This document shows, one piece after another, positions 9,267 through 18,064 of a stretch of DNA of 64,000 nt (position 1 is its first letter; every line of letters starts with the position of its first letter). A program made the translations under genes and the position numbers. Source of the stretch: a virus. Lineage: Duplodnaviria > Heunggongvirae > Uroviricota > Caudoviricetes. Location of the stretch: positions 17,301 to 81,300 of IMG/VR virus record IMGVR_UViG_3300044678_002996; one strand, 5' to 3'. The notes below the pieces were generated by a model. It saw only the letters and a program-made list of their open reading frames with translations. It did no database searches and had not been told where the DNA came from.

Positions 9267-10498
9267 TATCGCCCCAATATCTTTGCTTGTAATTCAGCCT
9301 GTGAAACAGGGAATGTAAGTTCGTCTAATAGATCCAATTTGGATGGGTCGATGTACTCGATCATCTTTTGGGCCATACATTTGTCAGCGAAGCCCATGTG
9401 TATTCGGACGTCAAATCTTCCGGGCCGAGTTAACGCCTCGTCAAGTATATCAACATTATTAGTAGTGGCGAAGATGATAGAATTATCCGGAAGATCAATT
9501 CCGTCTATCATTCTTAGGATGGTCGCCAGTTGAGAACTTTTAGAAGTGTCCTCGTCTCTTTTGTGAGTACATTCATAGCAATCTATATCTTCCATTACAA
9601 TAAACGTATTCTTTGGAAGACCAGACACCGCACTTAGAATACTGCTAAACGAACCCTCCTTAGGGGAGAAGTCAACGTAATAGATATCTTTCTTGTATTT
9701 AGAGGCTAAAGCCTGTATGAGACTACTCTTCCCAGTTCCGGGTGGGCCCTCTAGAAGAATGCCAATAGTTTTGTTACGCCCAAGTTTATCAAATCTTTCG
9801 TCCGACTCAAATGATTGTGCGACTGCGTTATCTACTCTAGCTAAATCCTTTTCGCCCATAAAAATTGATTCAAGCGGGCGTTCTTTCATCCCCTTGATTT
9901 TGTAGGCATTGCCCCATTCGTTAAATTTGAAGTAGCCGGGATCAACAGTTTCCTTGGTGTGCCACCTGCAAAATTCTTCGTAGAACTTATTTCTCATAGA
10001 ACGAGGTCGAAGGCCACTAAAGTAGACAGATATGGTCTCAGTCTTAGACTCTGTATGATTGTCTTGGTCAAGTGAAATAACTACCCTCACAAATGTAAAC
10101 CAGTTATACCAAAACCAATGGGCCCCGTAACCTGCTTCGTGTTTTGTTTTAACGGCGTGTGGAGGGTTTAAGCCAAATTCACGCTTTCCATTTGATGACG
10201 TTAAGGTGTATGTGTGCTTACTGCTTATCTTAATATTCTTAGGGTGCTTGATGAATTGGGACACATACTTATTAAATGAATCATAAAATTCTCTATTAGT
10301 AGCGGAGAGAAGAGTTATCTCTCTAATAAAGAAGTTTTTGATTACAAAGAATACGAATAGAATCCAACTTTTTAGGTAGTTGAGGATAGCAAAGCTTACA
10401 CTTCCCCCAATTGCCCCAGACATAAATTGGTTTGTTTTCATTTGTTCGATAAACCAGTCGATCATTTTAGAATTCCCTTCACCTGACTTAATGAACAA
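9266..10498 (-). CDS. AAA+ ATPase with N-terminal membrane anchor (BCS1-like architecture)
   Basis: Walker A GPPGTGKSS. Walker B FIVMEDID. Second region of homology TTNNVDILDEALTRPGRFD. Hydrophobic N-terminal segment ILFVFFVIKNFF. Confidence 0.75.
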   Translation of the reverse strand: MFIKSGEGNSKMIDWFIEQMKTNQFMSGAIGGSVSFAILNYLKSWILFVFFVIKNFFIREITLLSATNREFYDSFNKYVSQFIKHPKNIKISSKHTYTLTSSNGKREFGLNPPHAVKTKHEAGYGAHWFWYNWFTFVRVVISLDQDNHTESKTETISVYFSGLRPRSMRNKFYEEFCRWHTKETVDPGYFKFNEWGNAYKIKGMKERPLESIFMGEKDLARVDNAVAQSFESDERFDKLGRNKTIGILLEGPPGTGKSSLIQALASKYKKDIYYVDFSPKEGSFSSILSAVSGLPKNTFIVMEDIDCYECTHKRDEDTSKSSQLATILRMIDGIDLPDNSIIFATTNNVDILDEALTRPGRFDVRIHMGFADKCMAQKMIEYIDPSKLDLLDELTFPVSQAELQAKILGR

Positions 10499-10703
10499 CT
10501 CACATTTTCATGCAAAAATTTTCTTACTTCCTTTTTATCCAATTCTCTAATTTGATACGCAGAAGGAGAACCATCTTGATTTGCTCTGTGGATTACACCG
10601 TGAAATGTAGTAAAACAGTCGGGGCAGTACCAATAACCAAGGGCGCCCTCATTACACTTTACCCATTTAATGTAATATTTATGATGAATCCCCATAAAAC
10701 ATG

Positions 10704-11366
10704 TCATTTTAGAAACTCCAGTATTTGGTCTGATGGGCAGTATAGTACAGATTGTGTCGCAGCGGCCCCAGAGGATTGGACCCCCACTAACTTATCGTTG
10801 TAGAGTACAGCTCCGCCGCTTAGTCCGTCAATAACTTTGCCCTTTAATTTAAGGCACGGAAATCCATTTTCCTTGGTAATGACTTCTTTGTAATTTGGGT
10901 TAGTCATCTCATTCTTAATCATATCTTCAGACAGGGCATACCCATATGAGATATAACCCCGCTCTGCCAGAACAGCAAATTGGGCTAACTCCAAGAATCT
11001 AATATTCTCTTGAGGTTTTTCTGGAAAGTCAAGAATCATTATGTCTCGCTCTGAGTCAAATTTGGTGACTTGCAGCTTATATCTTGCGGACAAGTGTTTG
11101 TCAATGCTGTAGATTGAGCAATTAACTTCTTCTACTTTCTCGGAACCTAAGAGGGCATGCCAACAGGTTATTACTCTAAGTTTTTCAGAATGCTTAATAA
11201 CTGTGCCCGAGAACATTTCTATTCCTGCGGATTTCTCCACAGACAGCTTTACGTGGGGCCAGAAATCTTGAGCAAAAGATTGGGAGGCTAAAAGTAAAAC
11301 AAGCAGTAATGTCCTAATAATCATATCTTGCTTCCTAGTGGTTCTGGGATTGGGCAGTGCCCCCAT
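10704..11366 (-). CDS. secreted trypsin-like (S1) serine protease
   Basis: Signal peptide IIRTLLLVLLLASQSFA. His-motif TCWHAL. Ser-motif GLSGGAV (GDSGGP-like). Confidence 0.6.
   Translation of the reverse strand: MGALPNPRTTRKQDMIIRTLLLVLLLASQSFAQDFWPHVKLSVEKSAGIEMFSGTVIKHSEKLRVITCWHALLGSEKVEEVNCSIYSIDKHLSARYKLQVTKFDSERDIMILDFPEKPQENIRFLELAQFAVLAERGYISYGYALSEDMIKNEMTNPNYKEVITKENGFPCLKLKGKVIDGLSGGAVLYNDKLVGVQSSGAAATQSVLYCPSDQILEFLK
11086..11100 (-). repeat. co-oriented motif copy (TTGCGGACAAGTGT variant)
   Basis: Member of the T-run + GCGGACAATTGT family. Lies inside the protease gene and reads HLSAR in frame. Confidence 0.4.
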
Positions 11367-11541
11367 AGCATATCGTCGAAGACAGGGTGATCAATCGATA
11401 AGTAGCCCTCGTTAGTGTCTATGGTAAGCTCTGTTTCGTGGTCATGTGTACCTACATGATAAATTATAGGGGCCTTTTCAAGACTTTCCGTAGCCCAATA
11501 GTGTCCAGATCTAGTCGGCTTGTTTTTGGTGTATACTTGTA

Positions 11542-12132
11542 TCATTCTAATTCCCCTCTGTTTTTCCTATACCATTCTACATCATCATGGCCTTTACGCG
11601 CCATCATGTAATCATAAACTTCGTCTTCACTCCAGATTCCGAACCGCCCGCGTATTCTTAAATACGACTCGGGGGCTACGTCTAACATTCTTCGGTCGGC
11701 CCAAATGGAATCCCAATACTGGGATCGTTGGTCGTGCAAATGTCCGTGCAAGTGAAATGACCCGTAGTGAGAACTGGGCCATGCCATATGTGGATAGTGG
11801 CTCATCCAGCATTGTTGGTCTTTTACTTTTCCTGCGTATGTGTGGCGGAACTTATCACCGAATACGGTCTTACACGCTGCATCTGATGGACAATGATTCC
11901 CTTTAATTAGCCAAACATTTTTAGCTTTTATCATTTGTCTGTACCTTGATAAGTCAGATATATCTCCTAGGCAAAAATCTCCTAAAATATAAAGCTCGTC
12001 ACTGCGTTTTGTCGATGTGTTAATTATATCAATCAATGTGATTTCCCATTCTTTTAGAGAAAATCCTTTTCTCTCTGGGAAATTTACAGACTTTTCATGA
12101 TTAAAGTGTAGGTCTGCTGTAAAGTATTTCAT
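11542..12132 (-). CDS. calcineurin-like metallophosphoesterase (phage Ser/Thr phosphatase-like)
   Basis: Motifs DLHFNHE, ILGDFCLGD and GNHC. Confidence 0.7.
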   Translation of the reverse strand: MKYFTADLHFNHEKSVNFPERKGFSLKEWEITLIDIINTSTKRSDELYILGDFCLGDISDLSRYRQMIKAKNVWLIKGNHCPSDAACKTVFGDKFRHTYAGKVKDQQCWMSHYPHMAWPSSHYGSFHLHGHLHDQRSQYWDSIWADRRMLDVAPESYLRIRGRFGIWSEDEVYDYMMARKGHDDVEWYRKNRGELE

Positions 12133-12166
12133 ACAATATTTTCTTAAATAGTTAATAAATTTTAGA

Positions 12167-12183
12167 TTTTGGTGTAATATAGC
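12167..12183 (+). promoter_or_regulatory. conserved TTTTGGTGTAATATA motif upstream of the LAGLIDADG homing endonuclease gene
   Basis: One of three near-identical copies: 12167 (TTTTGGTGTAATATA), 13813 and 27597 (TTTAGTGTAATATA). Each lies 12-48 nt upstream of a plus-strand start codon. Confidence 0.35.
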
Positions 12184-12194
12184 TTGGAGGGATC

Positions 12195-12902
12195 ATGCGT
12201 TCCATAAAACACAGAAAGATTAAAATGCGAAGAGAATTAGTGTACTTACTTGGATATTTTTATGCAGATGGTTATTTGTCGGGTAAAAAATATAAATATC
12301 CTATTTTAGAAATGATCAGATCAGATTCTGAAAATATCATATACTGTTTAGAAAAAATTAATTCCAGATTTACAGTAAGCTATAGATTTAGAAAAAATAG
12401 TAAAAACGAACAAGCGTGCATAAGGCTATCGTCATCTGATGAAAATATTGATCTTTTCAAGAATGTATTGATGGATAAAGTAAATATGTCAAGAATCTTA
12501 AATTTTATCAACAGTGATAATTTTTGTTATTTTTTACGCGGGTTTTTTGACGGTGATGGATGTATTAATATTAGTAAAAACAAAAGTAAAGGGCGAATGT
12601 ATTTTTATGGTTCGTTTGAACAAAGGTGGGAATTGGTTTTTGATATTTTAAAAAAGCTAGAAATCAAATATACTTTTCAACAAATTGTCAGAAAAAATGG
12701 ATCGCACAAAAGCACGCATATTTGTATATCTAACAAGCATGGTATAAATCTTTTGTACGAATACATTTATCCAAATAGAGTTTATGATTTTGGCCTTTTA
12801 AGAAAGTATGAAAAACTGAATTCTATCAAAGGTAATATTAAACATAAGCATATTGTCACACATACAGATTCGCAGATTGCCAGTAAAATAAAAACTTATT
12901 AA
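12195..12902 (+). CDS. LAGLIDADG homing endonuclease (two-motif, free-standing)
   Basis: Two LAGLIDADG motifs, LLGYFYADGYL and LRGFFDGDGCI. AT-rich. Opposite strand to the flanking genes. Confidence 0.8.
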   Translation: MRSIKHRKIKMRRELVYLLGYFYADGYLSGKKYKYPILEMIRSDSENIIYCLEKINSRFTVSYRFRKNSKNEQACIRLSSSDENIDLFKNVLMDKVNMSRILNFINSDNFCYFLRGFFDGDGCINISKNKSKGRMYFYGSFEQRWELVFDILKKLEIKYTFQQIVRKNGSHKSTHICISNKHGINLLYEYIYPNRVYDFGLLRKYEKLNSIKGNIKHKHIVTHTDSQIASKIKTY

Positions 12903-12903
12903 G

Positions 12904-13239
12904 TCAGCCGTATACCATCTCATCTTCTTCTCCATCTATTGTCGAATATGAAGTAGACCCGTCATCCTCAAGGGTCGCTTCCACGACTCCCTTTTCGCAC
13001 AATCTACGTAGAGTGAAATCTACTATTAATCGAGATATTCTATCTCGCAATTCCTCATCTGACACATCAGACTTACAGGATTTTAGGGCGTAATAAGTTA
13101 TGAACTCGCCCACATACCCCTCGAATAACTCCGGCTCATGATCATAAGCAATTAAACACACTTCTAGCATCTGTTCTTCGTTAAGCATAACCCACCAAAT
13201 TCTAGTAAAAGTACGTAAACACACCATTCTCTTAACCAT
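12904..13239 (-). CDS. hypothetical acidic protein
   Basis: 111-aa ORF. Confidence 0.4.
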   Translation of the reverse strand: MVKRMVCLRTFTRIWWVMLNEEQMLEVCLIAYDHEPELFEGYVGEFITYYALKSCKSDVSDEELRDRISRLIVDFTLRRLCEKGVVEATLEDDGSTSYSTIDGEEDEMVYG

Positions 13240-13259
13240 GATAGCTAGTTTGGTGTTTT

Positions 13260-13700
13260 GCAGGGATTAGCCTGAAAGTACCAAAAATTGCAAATGGTTA
13301 AAAGTCCACATATCAAACTGAGCCCGATTTCTAATAGCTATCATAGTGGTTGTGCCGCCAATGTGAGCGGAGGACGCTGGAATTTCACAGACGCCTATTC
13401 ATTACTGAATTCACGAGCTATTACCGAGTCTACGGGATTTCTCCCTACAGGACGTGTTATTTCCTGTTCTCTAAAGCCAGTCTATTGGGCAAATGTCCGC
13501 ACACTCTGTGGGGCTCTGAGAGCCTTGTGGAGTTGACCACCCGATAACCCCTAACGGTTTATCAGCCTGTGGGTGAATTGCGTCAGACGCTTTCCTGTGG
13601 GCCCACAGATGATATTCTCGGCACAATGCCGAAGGTTTGATTTTTTGGACAAATGACCGCATTGATATGCGACACGCAGATTACTCAACGTGGTTGACAG
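13260..13700. ncRNA. candidate structured non-coding RNA (GC-elevated, no credible ORF)
   Basis: About 440 nt containing only short mutually overlapping ORFs. GC is visibly higher than the flanks. Several GC-rich inverted repeats, for example CCTGTGGGCCCACAG. Confidence 0.3.
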
Positions 13701-13812
13701 AGACAGAGTCTCCATAGTATAATACACCAGAGGCGGTCGATTTTTGGCATTTTTTCAGAAAAATTTTGAAAATTCCCAAAAAACATAGGTCTTTGGCAAA
13801 TGTTTTGTTTTT

Positions 13813-13829
13813 TTTAGTGTAATATATAG
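13813..13829 (+). promoter_or_regulatory. TTTTAGTGTAATATATA motif (second copy)
   Basis: Same motif as 12167 and 27597. About 45 nt upstream of the ATG at 13875, followed by an AAGAAGAAA RBS-like tract. Confidence 0.35.
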
Positions 13830-13874
13830 TGGGAAGACATCCCACACTCAAACTTAAAAACGAAAGAAGAAATA

Positions 13875-14201
13875 ATGGCAAGTTACGAATACAGCTCAAG
13901 CAACAACAATAGAGTAGTTACACAGGCTGGGCAAATCATAACGGGAGCTAATACCCCAGACACACGCCAGCACACAAATAAGTACGGGCGAGTTAATGGC
14001 GTTACTGCTATCGATATCCTAACAGGGGCAGTCACTTACAATGCTCTCCAAGGATCTGGTTATGGATTTTCTATTCCATTTACTGGAGTTCCAGCGGATA
14101 AAGAAGTAGATGCCCAAAACGATCCATATAGAGTTCCAGCAAGACTTACTGTTTTGGGTGGAATTAATCCAGTTTCCTATAATCATTCAACAGCTCACTA
14201 A
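13875..14201 (+). CDS. hypothetical protein
   Basis: 108-aa ORF, first gene of the rightward island. Confidence 0.5.
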   Translation: MASYEYSSSNNNRVVTQAGQIITGANTPDTRQHTNKYGRVNGVTAIDILTGAVTYNALQGSGYGFSIPFTGVPADKEVDAQNDPYRVPARLTVLGGINPVSYNHSTAH

Positions 14202-14212
14202 AAGGTAAAAAT

Positions 14213-14464
14213 ATGGACTTTCTTAAAAAACTAAAAGATGTTTTTGCTAAAAGTGTCCCAGACACTTCGCCAAGTGGTAAAGTTGACAGCACTGACTTGG
14301 CAAAAGTTAGCAAGACTGGTGTGCTTGTCGGGGTTGCAGCTACTTTATCATATTTGATAACGACAATTAATCCAGTAGCTCTTGGGCCGTATCAACCTTA
14401 CGTTATGTTGGGTTTGACTATTGGTCTCGATTTTGTAAATAAGCTTATTAAATCTAATTCATAG
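14213..14464 (+). CDS. small membrane protein (holin-like candidate)
   Basis: 83 aa with two hydrophobic helices: VLVGVAATLSYLITTI and VMLGLTIGLDFV. Confidence 0.4.
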   Translation: MDFLKKLKDVFAKSVPDTSPSGKVDSTDLAKVSKTGVLVGVAATLSYLITTINPVALGPYQPYVMLGLTIGLDFVNKLIKSNS

Positions 14465-14473
14465 GAGAAACAA

Positions 14474-14800
14474 ATGCCAGATTATAATGAAATCATAAAA
14501 AGTATCGTGGATAACTGGCAGCTAGCTTTAGGGGCGACCGGCATTGTCGGCGCCCTATTTTTTGATAAAATTAAGGCTAATCTAGCTAAGATTAATTTCT
14601 CAGCAGTAAAGTCTATTTTGCCCAAAAGGAAAGTTACTGCTAAAGATTCTAAAGCGGTCGAAGCTCGTGATATTGAAGCAATTGCCCATCTTAGAGACAG
14701 AGCTGTGGCTTCTGGGGACGAAACATTACTGCAAGAGATTAAGAGTGTAGCTTCTAAGTTTTTTGATATGCACAGCAAAAAAGGAAATACTAATGAGTAA
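14474..14800 (+). CDS. hypothetical protein
   Basis: 108-aa ORF with an N-terminal hydrophobic stretch. Confidence 0.45.
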   Translation: MPDYNEIIKSIVDNWQLALGATGIVGALFFDKIKANLAKINFSAVKSILPKRKVTAKDSKAVEARDIEAIAHLRDRAVASGDETLLQEIKSVASKFFDMHSKKGNTNE

Positions 14801-15221
14801 TTTTCTAAAAGTATTCATCTTAATGGTTTTGGTTTCTGGGTGTGCGAAGCAAGATGTTCCCGCTCCGGCATATAAGATAGAGGTTGTACAGTTAAGCGAG
14901 ATAGCCACTAAGGTTAGAGACGCCGCTAACGAAGATCAAATAAGCAATAAAGACCTTGGGATTTGGTATTCTATCTACAAAGGTACGTATCTTTATGGCA
15001 AAGAGTTTGATTTCGAAGGGCAGAAAGACTTTGGGGTTATCTTTGATAAACAAGTAGCTGTGCGTGATAAACTGATGCCTAATAAAACTGTTAAGTTTAA
15101 AGAGGTGGTGAATTCTGTGTTCGAAAAGTATAAAGAATTGGAATATAACGACACAAATCAAAGCAAATTTCTTGAAGAAGTTTCCTCTATTGCGGATGGA
15201 ATTAAAGCGGGGATTGACTAA
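14793..15221 (+). CDS. lipoprotein (signal peptide + lipobox)
   Basis: Internal Met MSNFLKVFILMVLVSGC gives an LVSGC lipobox. Start chosen at that Met rather than the ORF-track start 14763. Confidence 0.5.
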   Translation: MSNFLKVFILMVLVSGCAKQDVPAPAYKIEVVQLSEIATKVRDAANEDQISNKDLGIWYSIYKGTYLYGKEFDFEGQKDFGVIFDKQVAVRDKLMPNKTVKFKEVVNSVFEKYKELEYNDTNQSKFLEEVSSIADGIKAGID

Positions 15222-16105
15222 TGCCTCATAACAATACAGGCTGGATATCAGATCCAGACACAGTTGATTCAGTTTGTGAATCTTTAACGAATGGCATTTT
15301 TGGGGCAGCAGCCCCTCATTTGCTAAATGAAGGCAAGGGAAAGACCGTACTGCTTTACGAGAGTTACAAAGCAATTGGTATGGAATTTCCTGTATTGAAT
15401 CAGGGGCAGGTTGGAACTTGCACCTCATTCGGTATAGCGGGAAGTGTTGACACCCTTAAAGCAACTGAAATTAAAAAGGGCGAACGTTCAGAATTTAAGA
15501 ACATAACTGCGACTGAGCCTATTTATTATGGGGCTAGAAAGCTAAACGGCTGGCGTATTAACGGAGATGGGGCTTCTGTGGCTCTAGGCGTTAAGTACGT
15601 TGGTACATTCGGCACGGTGGCTCGTGGTAAGTATAATTCAGTTGACCTTAGTAATTATAGCGAGACTAGAAGTCGTCAGTGGGGCAATAACTCCGGATTT
15701 CCTAAAGAAATTGAAGAAATCTCAAAAGATTATATCATTGAGCAATACGCTCGTGTTACTTCTTATGATATGTGTAGAGATTCAATAGCCTCTGGATATC
15801 CAGTAGTAATTGGAAGCAATCAGGGCTTTTCAAATGTGTGTAATAATGATGGAGTAGCTAAGGCCAGTGGAAGCTGGGGTCACTGCATGTTTGCGTGTGG
15901 AATACGGGGCGACAAAGATTTGGTTCTTATCGTAAATAGCTGGGGGCCAAACTGGAATAGAATGCCCGTACGCAAGTTTAATGAGCCGAAGGGTTCATTT
16001 TGGGTAGAGGCCAGTGTTATAGATAGAATGTGCAAGCAGGACGCGTGGAATCTTGCAGCCCACAAGGGATATCCTAAAATAATCAATACGGAAGTAGCTT
16101 GGTAG
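15221..16105 (+). CDS. papain-like (C1 family) cysteine peptidase
   Basis: Catalytic elements in papain order: Q...GTCTSF (Gln/Cys), WGHCMFACG (His), VNSWGPNW (the Asn NSWG motif). Confidence 0.6.
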   Translation: MPHNNTGWISDPDTVDSVCESLTNGIFGAAAPHLLNEGKGKTVLLYESYKAIGMEFPVLNQGQVGTCTSFGIAGSVDTLKATEIKKGERSEFKNITATEPIYYGARKLNGWRINGDGASVALGVKYVGTFGTVARGKYNSVDLSNYSETRSRQWGNNSGFPKEIEEISKDYIIEQYARVTSYDMCRDSIASGYPVVIGSNQGFSNVCNNDGVAKASGSWGHCMFACGIRGDKDLVLIVNSWGPNWNRMPVRKFNEPKGSFWVEASVIDRMCKQDAWNLAAHKGYPKIINTEVAW

Positions 16106-16111
16106 GTAAAA

Positions 16112-17014
16112 ATGAAAAAACTGTTGTTTATAATCGGAATGCTGTTGCTTATAAACAGTGGCATGGAAAAGAGTGACCCAAAGCCCAACATAAACACTAG
16201 CTCATATATTTTTGAGCCAGACTCGTTGGCTATTGCATCTTTGATGAATTTTATGGGCAGTGTAAAAGCCGATGAAGTAGTTTCTTCAGAGTGTAAGTGT
16301 GACAAGTCGACAGGCTTGATATCTTATGATGGCGGTACTTCTAAAACCAAATGCGAGTGTTCTGTGGGCGGAAAGCCTTGTGGATGCGTAAATTGCACCT
16401 CTGGGGCGACTGCCGAAGAAGTTCAGACAGAAACAGTTTCTAGTGGCATAGATGATTCTGTGAAGGCCCTAAAGCGTCTTTACAAGACTTACTACGTTAA
16501 GAAGATGACTGCTTCGTGGTGTGGCCCGTGTGCGACTTGGCAAAAATCAATTTACCCTTCATTTGAATTTTTAGGGATTGAAGTGAAAGAAGTTGATATC
16601 GAGTCTGGTGAAGCTAAGGCTGATGTCAAGCTAATAGAACCAGATGTCGTGCCGTACTTTTTGATTTGCACAAAGACAGATGATTTTTATCATTATAAGT
16701 CTGACAAAGATTTTTTTGGCTATAGGGGTTCAGACTTTTCTGCAGAAAAGGCCACAGAGCTTATGTTCGAGCTTGACTCAGGTCTGCACCCCAATTTGAA
16801 AGAGGGTATTTGGTACGAAAAGGCCCAAAAAGAGCAATCTTCTCTTAACGGCAAAAAGTGGGCAGAAGTTAAGGACTATGTTTCTTACCTAAGAACGTCT
16901 AAAGACAAAGACAAATTCGAAAAATGGCCGCTAGAAAAGCTTTCATTCTACGAACTTAAGGGTATCTTTGACGATCTGCAGGCTGAAAAACTAGGGGTGA
17001 TGCATGGAATTTAG
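16112..17014 (+). CDS. secreted thioredoxin-fold protein (WCGPC) with N-terminal Cys-rich region
   Basis: Signal peptide MKKLLFIIGMLLLINSG. Cys cluster CKCDKS...CECSVGGKPCGCVNC. Thioredoxin active site WCGPCATW. Confidence 0.6.
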   Translation: MKKLLFIIGMLLLINSGMEKSDPKPNINTSSYIFEPDSLAIASLMNFMGSVKADEVVSSECKCDKSTGLISYDGGTSKTKCECSVGGKPCGCVNCTSGATAEEVQTETVSSGIDDSVKALKRLYKTYYVKKMTASWCGPCATWQKSIYPSFEFLGIEVKEVDIESGEAKADVKLIEPDVVPYFLICTKTDDFYHYKSDKDFFGYRGSDFSAEKATELMFELDSGLHPNLKEGIWYEKAQKEQSSLNGKKWAEVKDYVSYLRTSKDKDKFEKWPLEKLSFYELKGIFDDLQAEKLGVMHGI

Positions 17015-17297
17015 CCTAAGCACTCTTCAATCTTTATTGGTTGACAAGAAAGTTCAAGTAGACGAAGGGGTTTATCTTTGTTCTGATGCCAGCACAATTA
17101 AAACTGTGATGACAGTTAATGATGAGAAAGAGATCGTCATAGAATTTGACGCTCCCTTTACTTATCTACACGTAGAAAAGATCGGCCCGAAGAGGTTGCT
17201 TAATCTTGTAAAGCCTCGCGTTGAAGTTATCACTATTTCAGACACATCCATAAAAGTTAAGCTAAGCTCACTTGGCGAGTGGGAGTTTGAAAGATGA
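17004..17297 (+). CDS. hypothetical protein
   Basis: 97 aa, overlaps the upstream gene by 11 nt. Confidence 0.45.
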   Translation: MEFSLSTLQSLLVDKKVQVDEGVYLCSDASTIKTVMTVNDEKEIVIEFDAPFTYLHVEKIGPKRLLNLVKPRVEVITISDTSIKVKLSSLGEWEFER

Positions 17298-17587
17298 TAA
17301 CATACGAACAGTATCTGGCAGAGTGTACTAGCAATGATACACTGCTATTTACCGGCAAGAGAAATAAAAAGAATAAGCCAATCAAAGAGAAGAGATTCAA
17401 CCAGACTCGTGATTTTATCGGCAAAGAAATTGCTAATAGTAATTACTCTACCAGAGAAGAAGCAGAGTCTGATCTCGAAATTAAAATACAGAAGATGGAT
17501 CCAGTAACTTTTTTCCTTTTTAGAGTCCTGATAGGATGGTTAATAGGAAAATTGTTAGATGGATATTTCGGCCTAAGAGACCAATAA
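17294..17587 (+). CDS. hypothetical protein with C-terminal hydrophobic helix
   Basis: 97 aa, 4-nt overlap coupling. Confidence 0.45.
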   Translation: MITYEQYLAECTSNDTLLFTGKRNKKNKPIKEKRFNQTRDFIGKEIANSNYSTREEAESDLEIKIQKMDPVTFFLFRVLIGWLIGKLLDGYFGLRDQ

Positions 17588-18064
17588 GTCAAGGCTATTT
17601 ATAATTCGGTCGACGTCCACTCTTTCGAAGGACGGGCTTTTTTGAAGCTCGTCCTTATTTTTTTTGCCCAATACGAAATCAGTAAGTTCATTAAGAATGT
17701 CATCGGAAAAATGACCAAGGTACGATAAAAGCTCTTGTTCGGCTTCATTTTTTGGTTCATAGCTAAGCCCGTATGCGTGCTCTAAAGGCACCTCTGTCTC
17801 TGAATAGTATCGCTGATCTTCTATCATTCTTTTTAGGGCGTTAGATAAAGACTTCTTGACAAAGAAGAAAATATTTCCACGCTTAGGGTCAAACTTTTCT
17901 ACACATCGCCCAATCGTGATGTATAATTCGGACTTAATTTCGTCATAAGATAGATGCTTGTAGAACGCTCGCGGGACGAGTCTCATCTGCCCACTAATAA
18001 ATCCATAATTTTTAGCGAGCGACTCAAATGTTGGGGTTTCATTTCTGTTCATACAATTCTCCAT
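17573..18064 (-). CDS. small sigma factor (sigma-70 region 2-like; phage late sigma, gp55-like candidate)
   Basis: ITIGRCVEKFDPKRGNIFFFVKK resembles the sigma-70 region 2.1-2.2 signature GxxGLxxAvEKFDPxRGxxFstYA. Confidence 0.5.
   Translation of the reverse strand: MENCMNRNETPTFESLAKNYGFISGQMRLVPRAFYKHLSYDEIKSELYITIGRCVEKFDPKRGNIFFFVKKSLSNALKRMIEDQRYYSETEVPLEHAYGLSYEPKNEAEQELLSYLGHFSDDILNELTDFVLGKKNKDELQKSPSFERVDVDRIINSLDLLVS
17619..17660 (+). terminator. putative intrinsic terminator at the convergent junction
   Basis: Stem CGTCC...GGACG followed by GGCTTTTTTG, immediately after the last plus-strand gene. Confidence 0.4.

Noticed and set aside
13260-13700. RNase P RNA or tmRNA identity for the GC-rich non-coding block
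   Set aside because: I looked for the P4 strands (AAAGUCCGG / ACCCGGCUUAUCGG) and tmRNA tRNA-like ends. I found only weak partial resemblance (AAAGTCCAC), so the class is left open.
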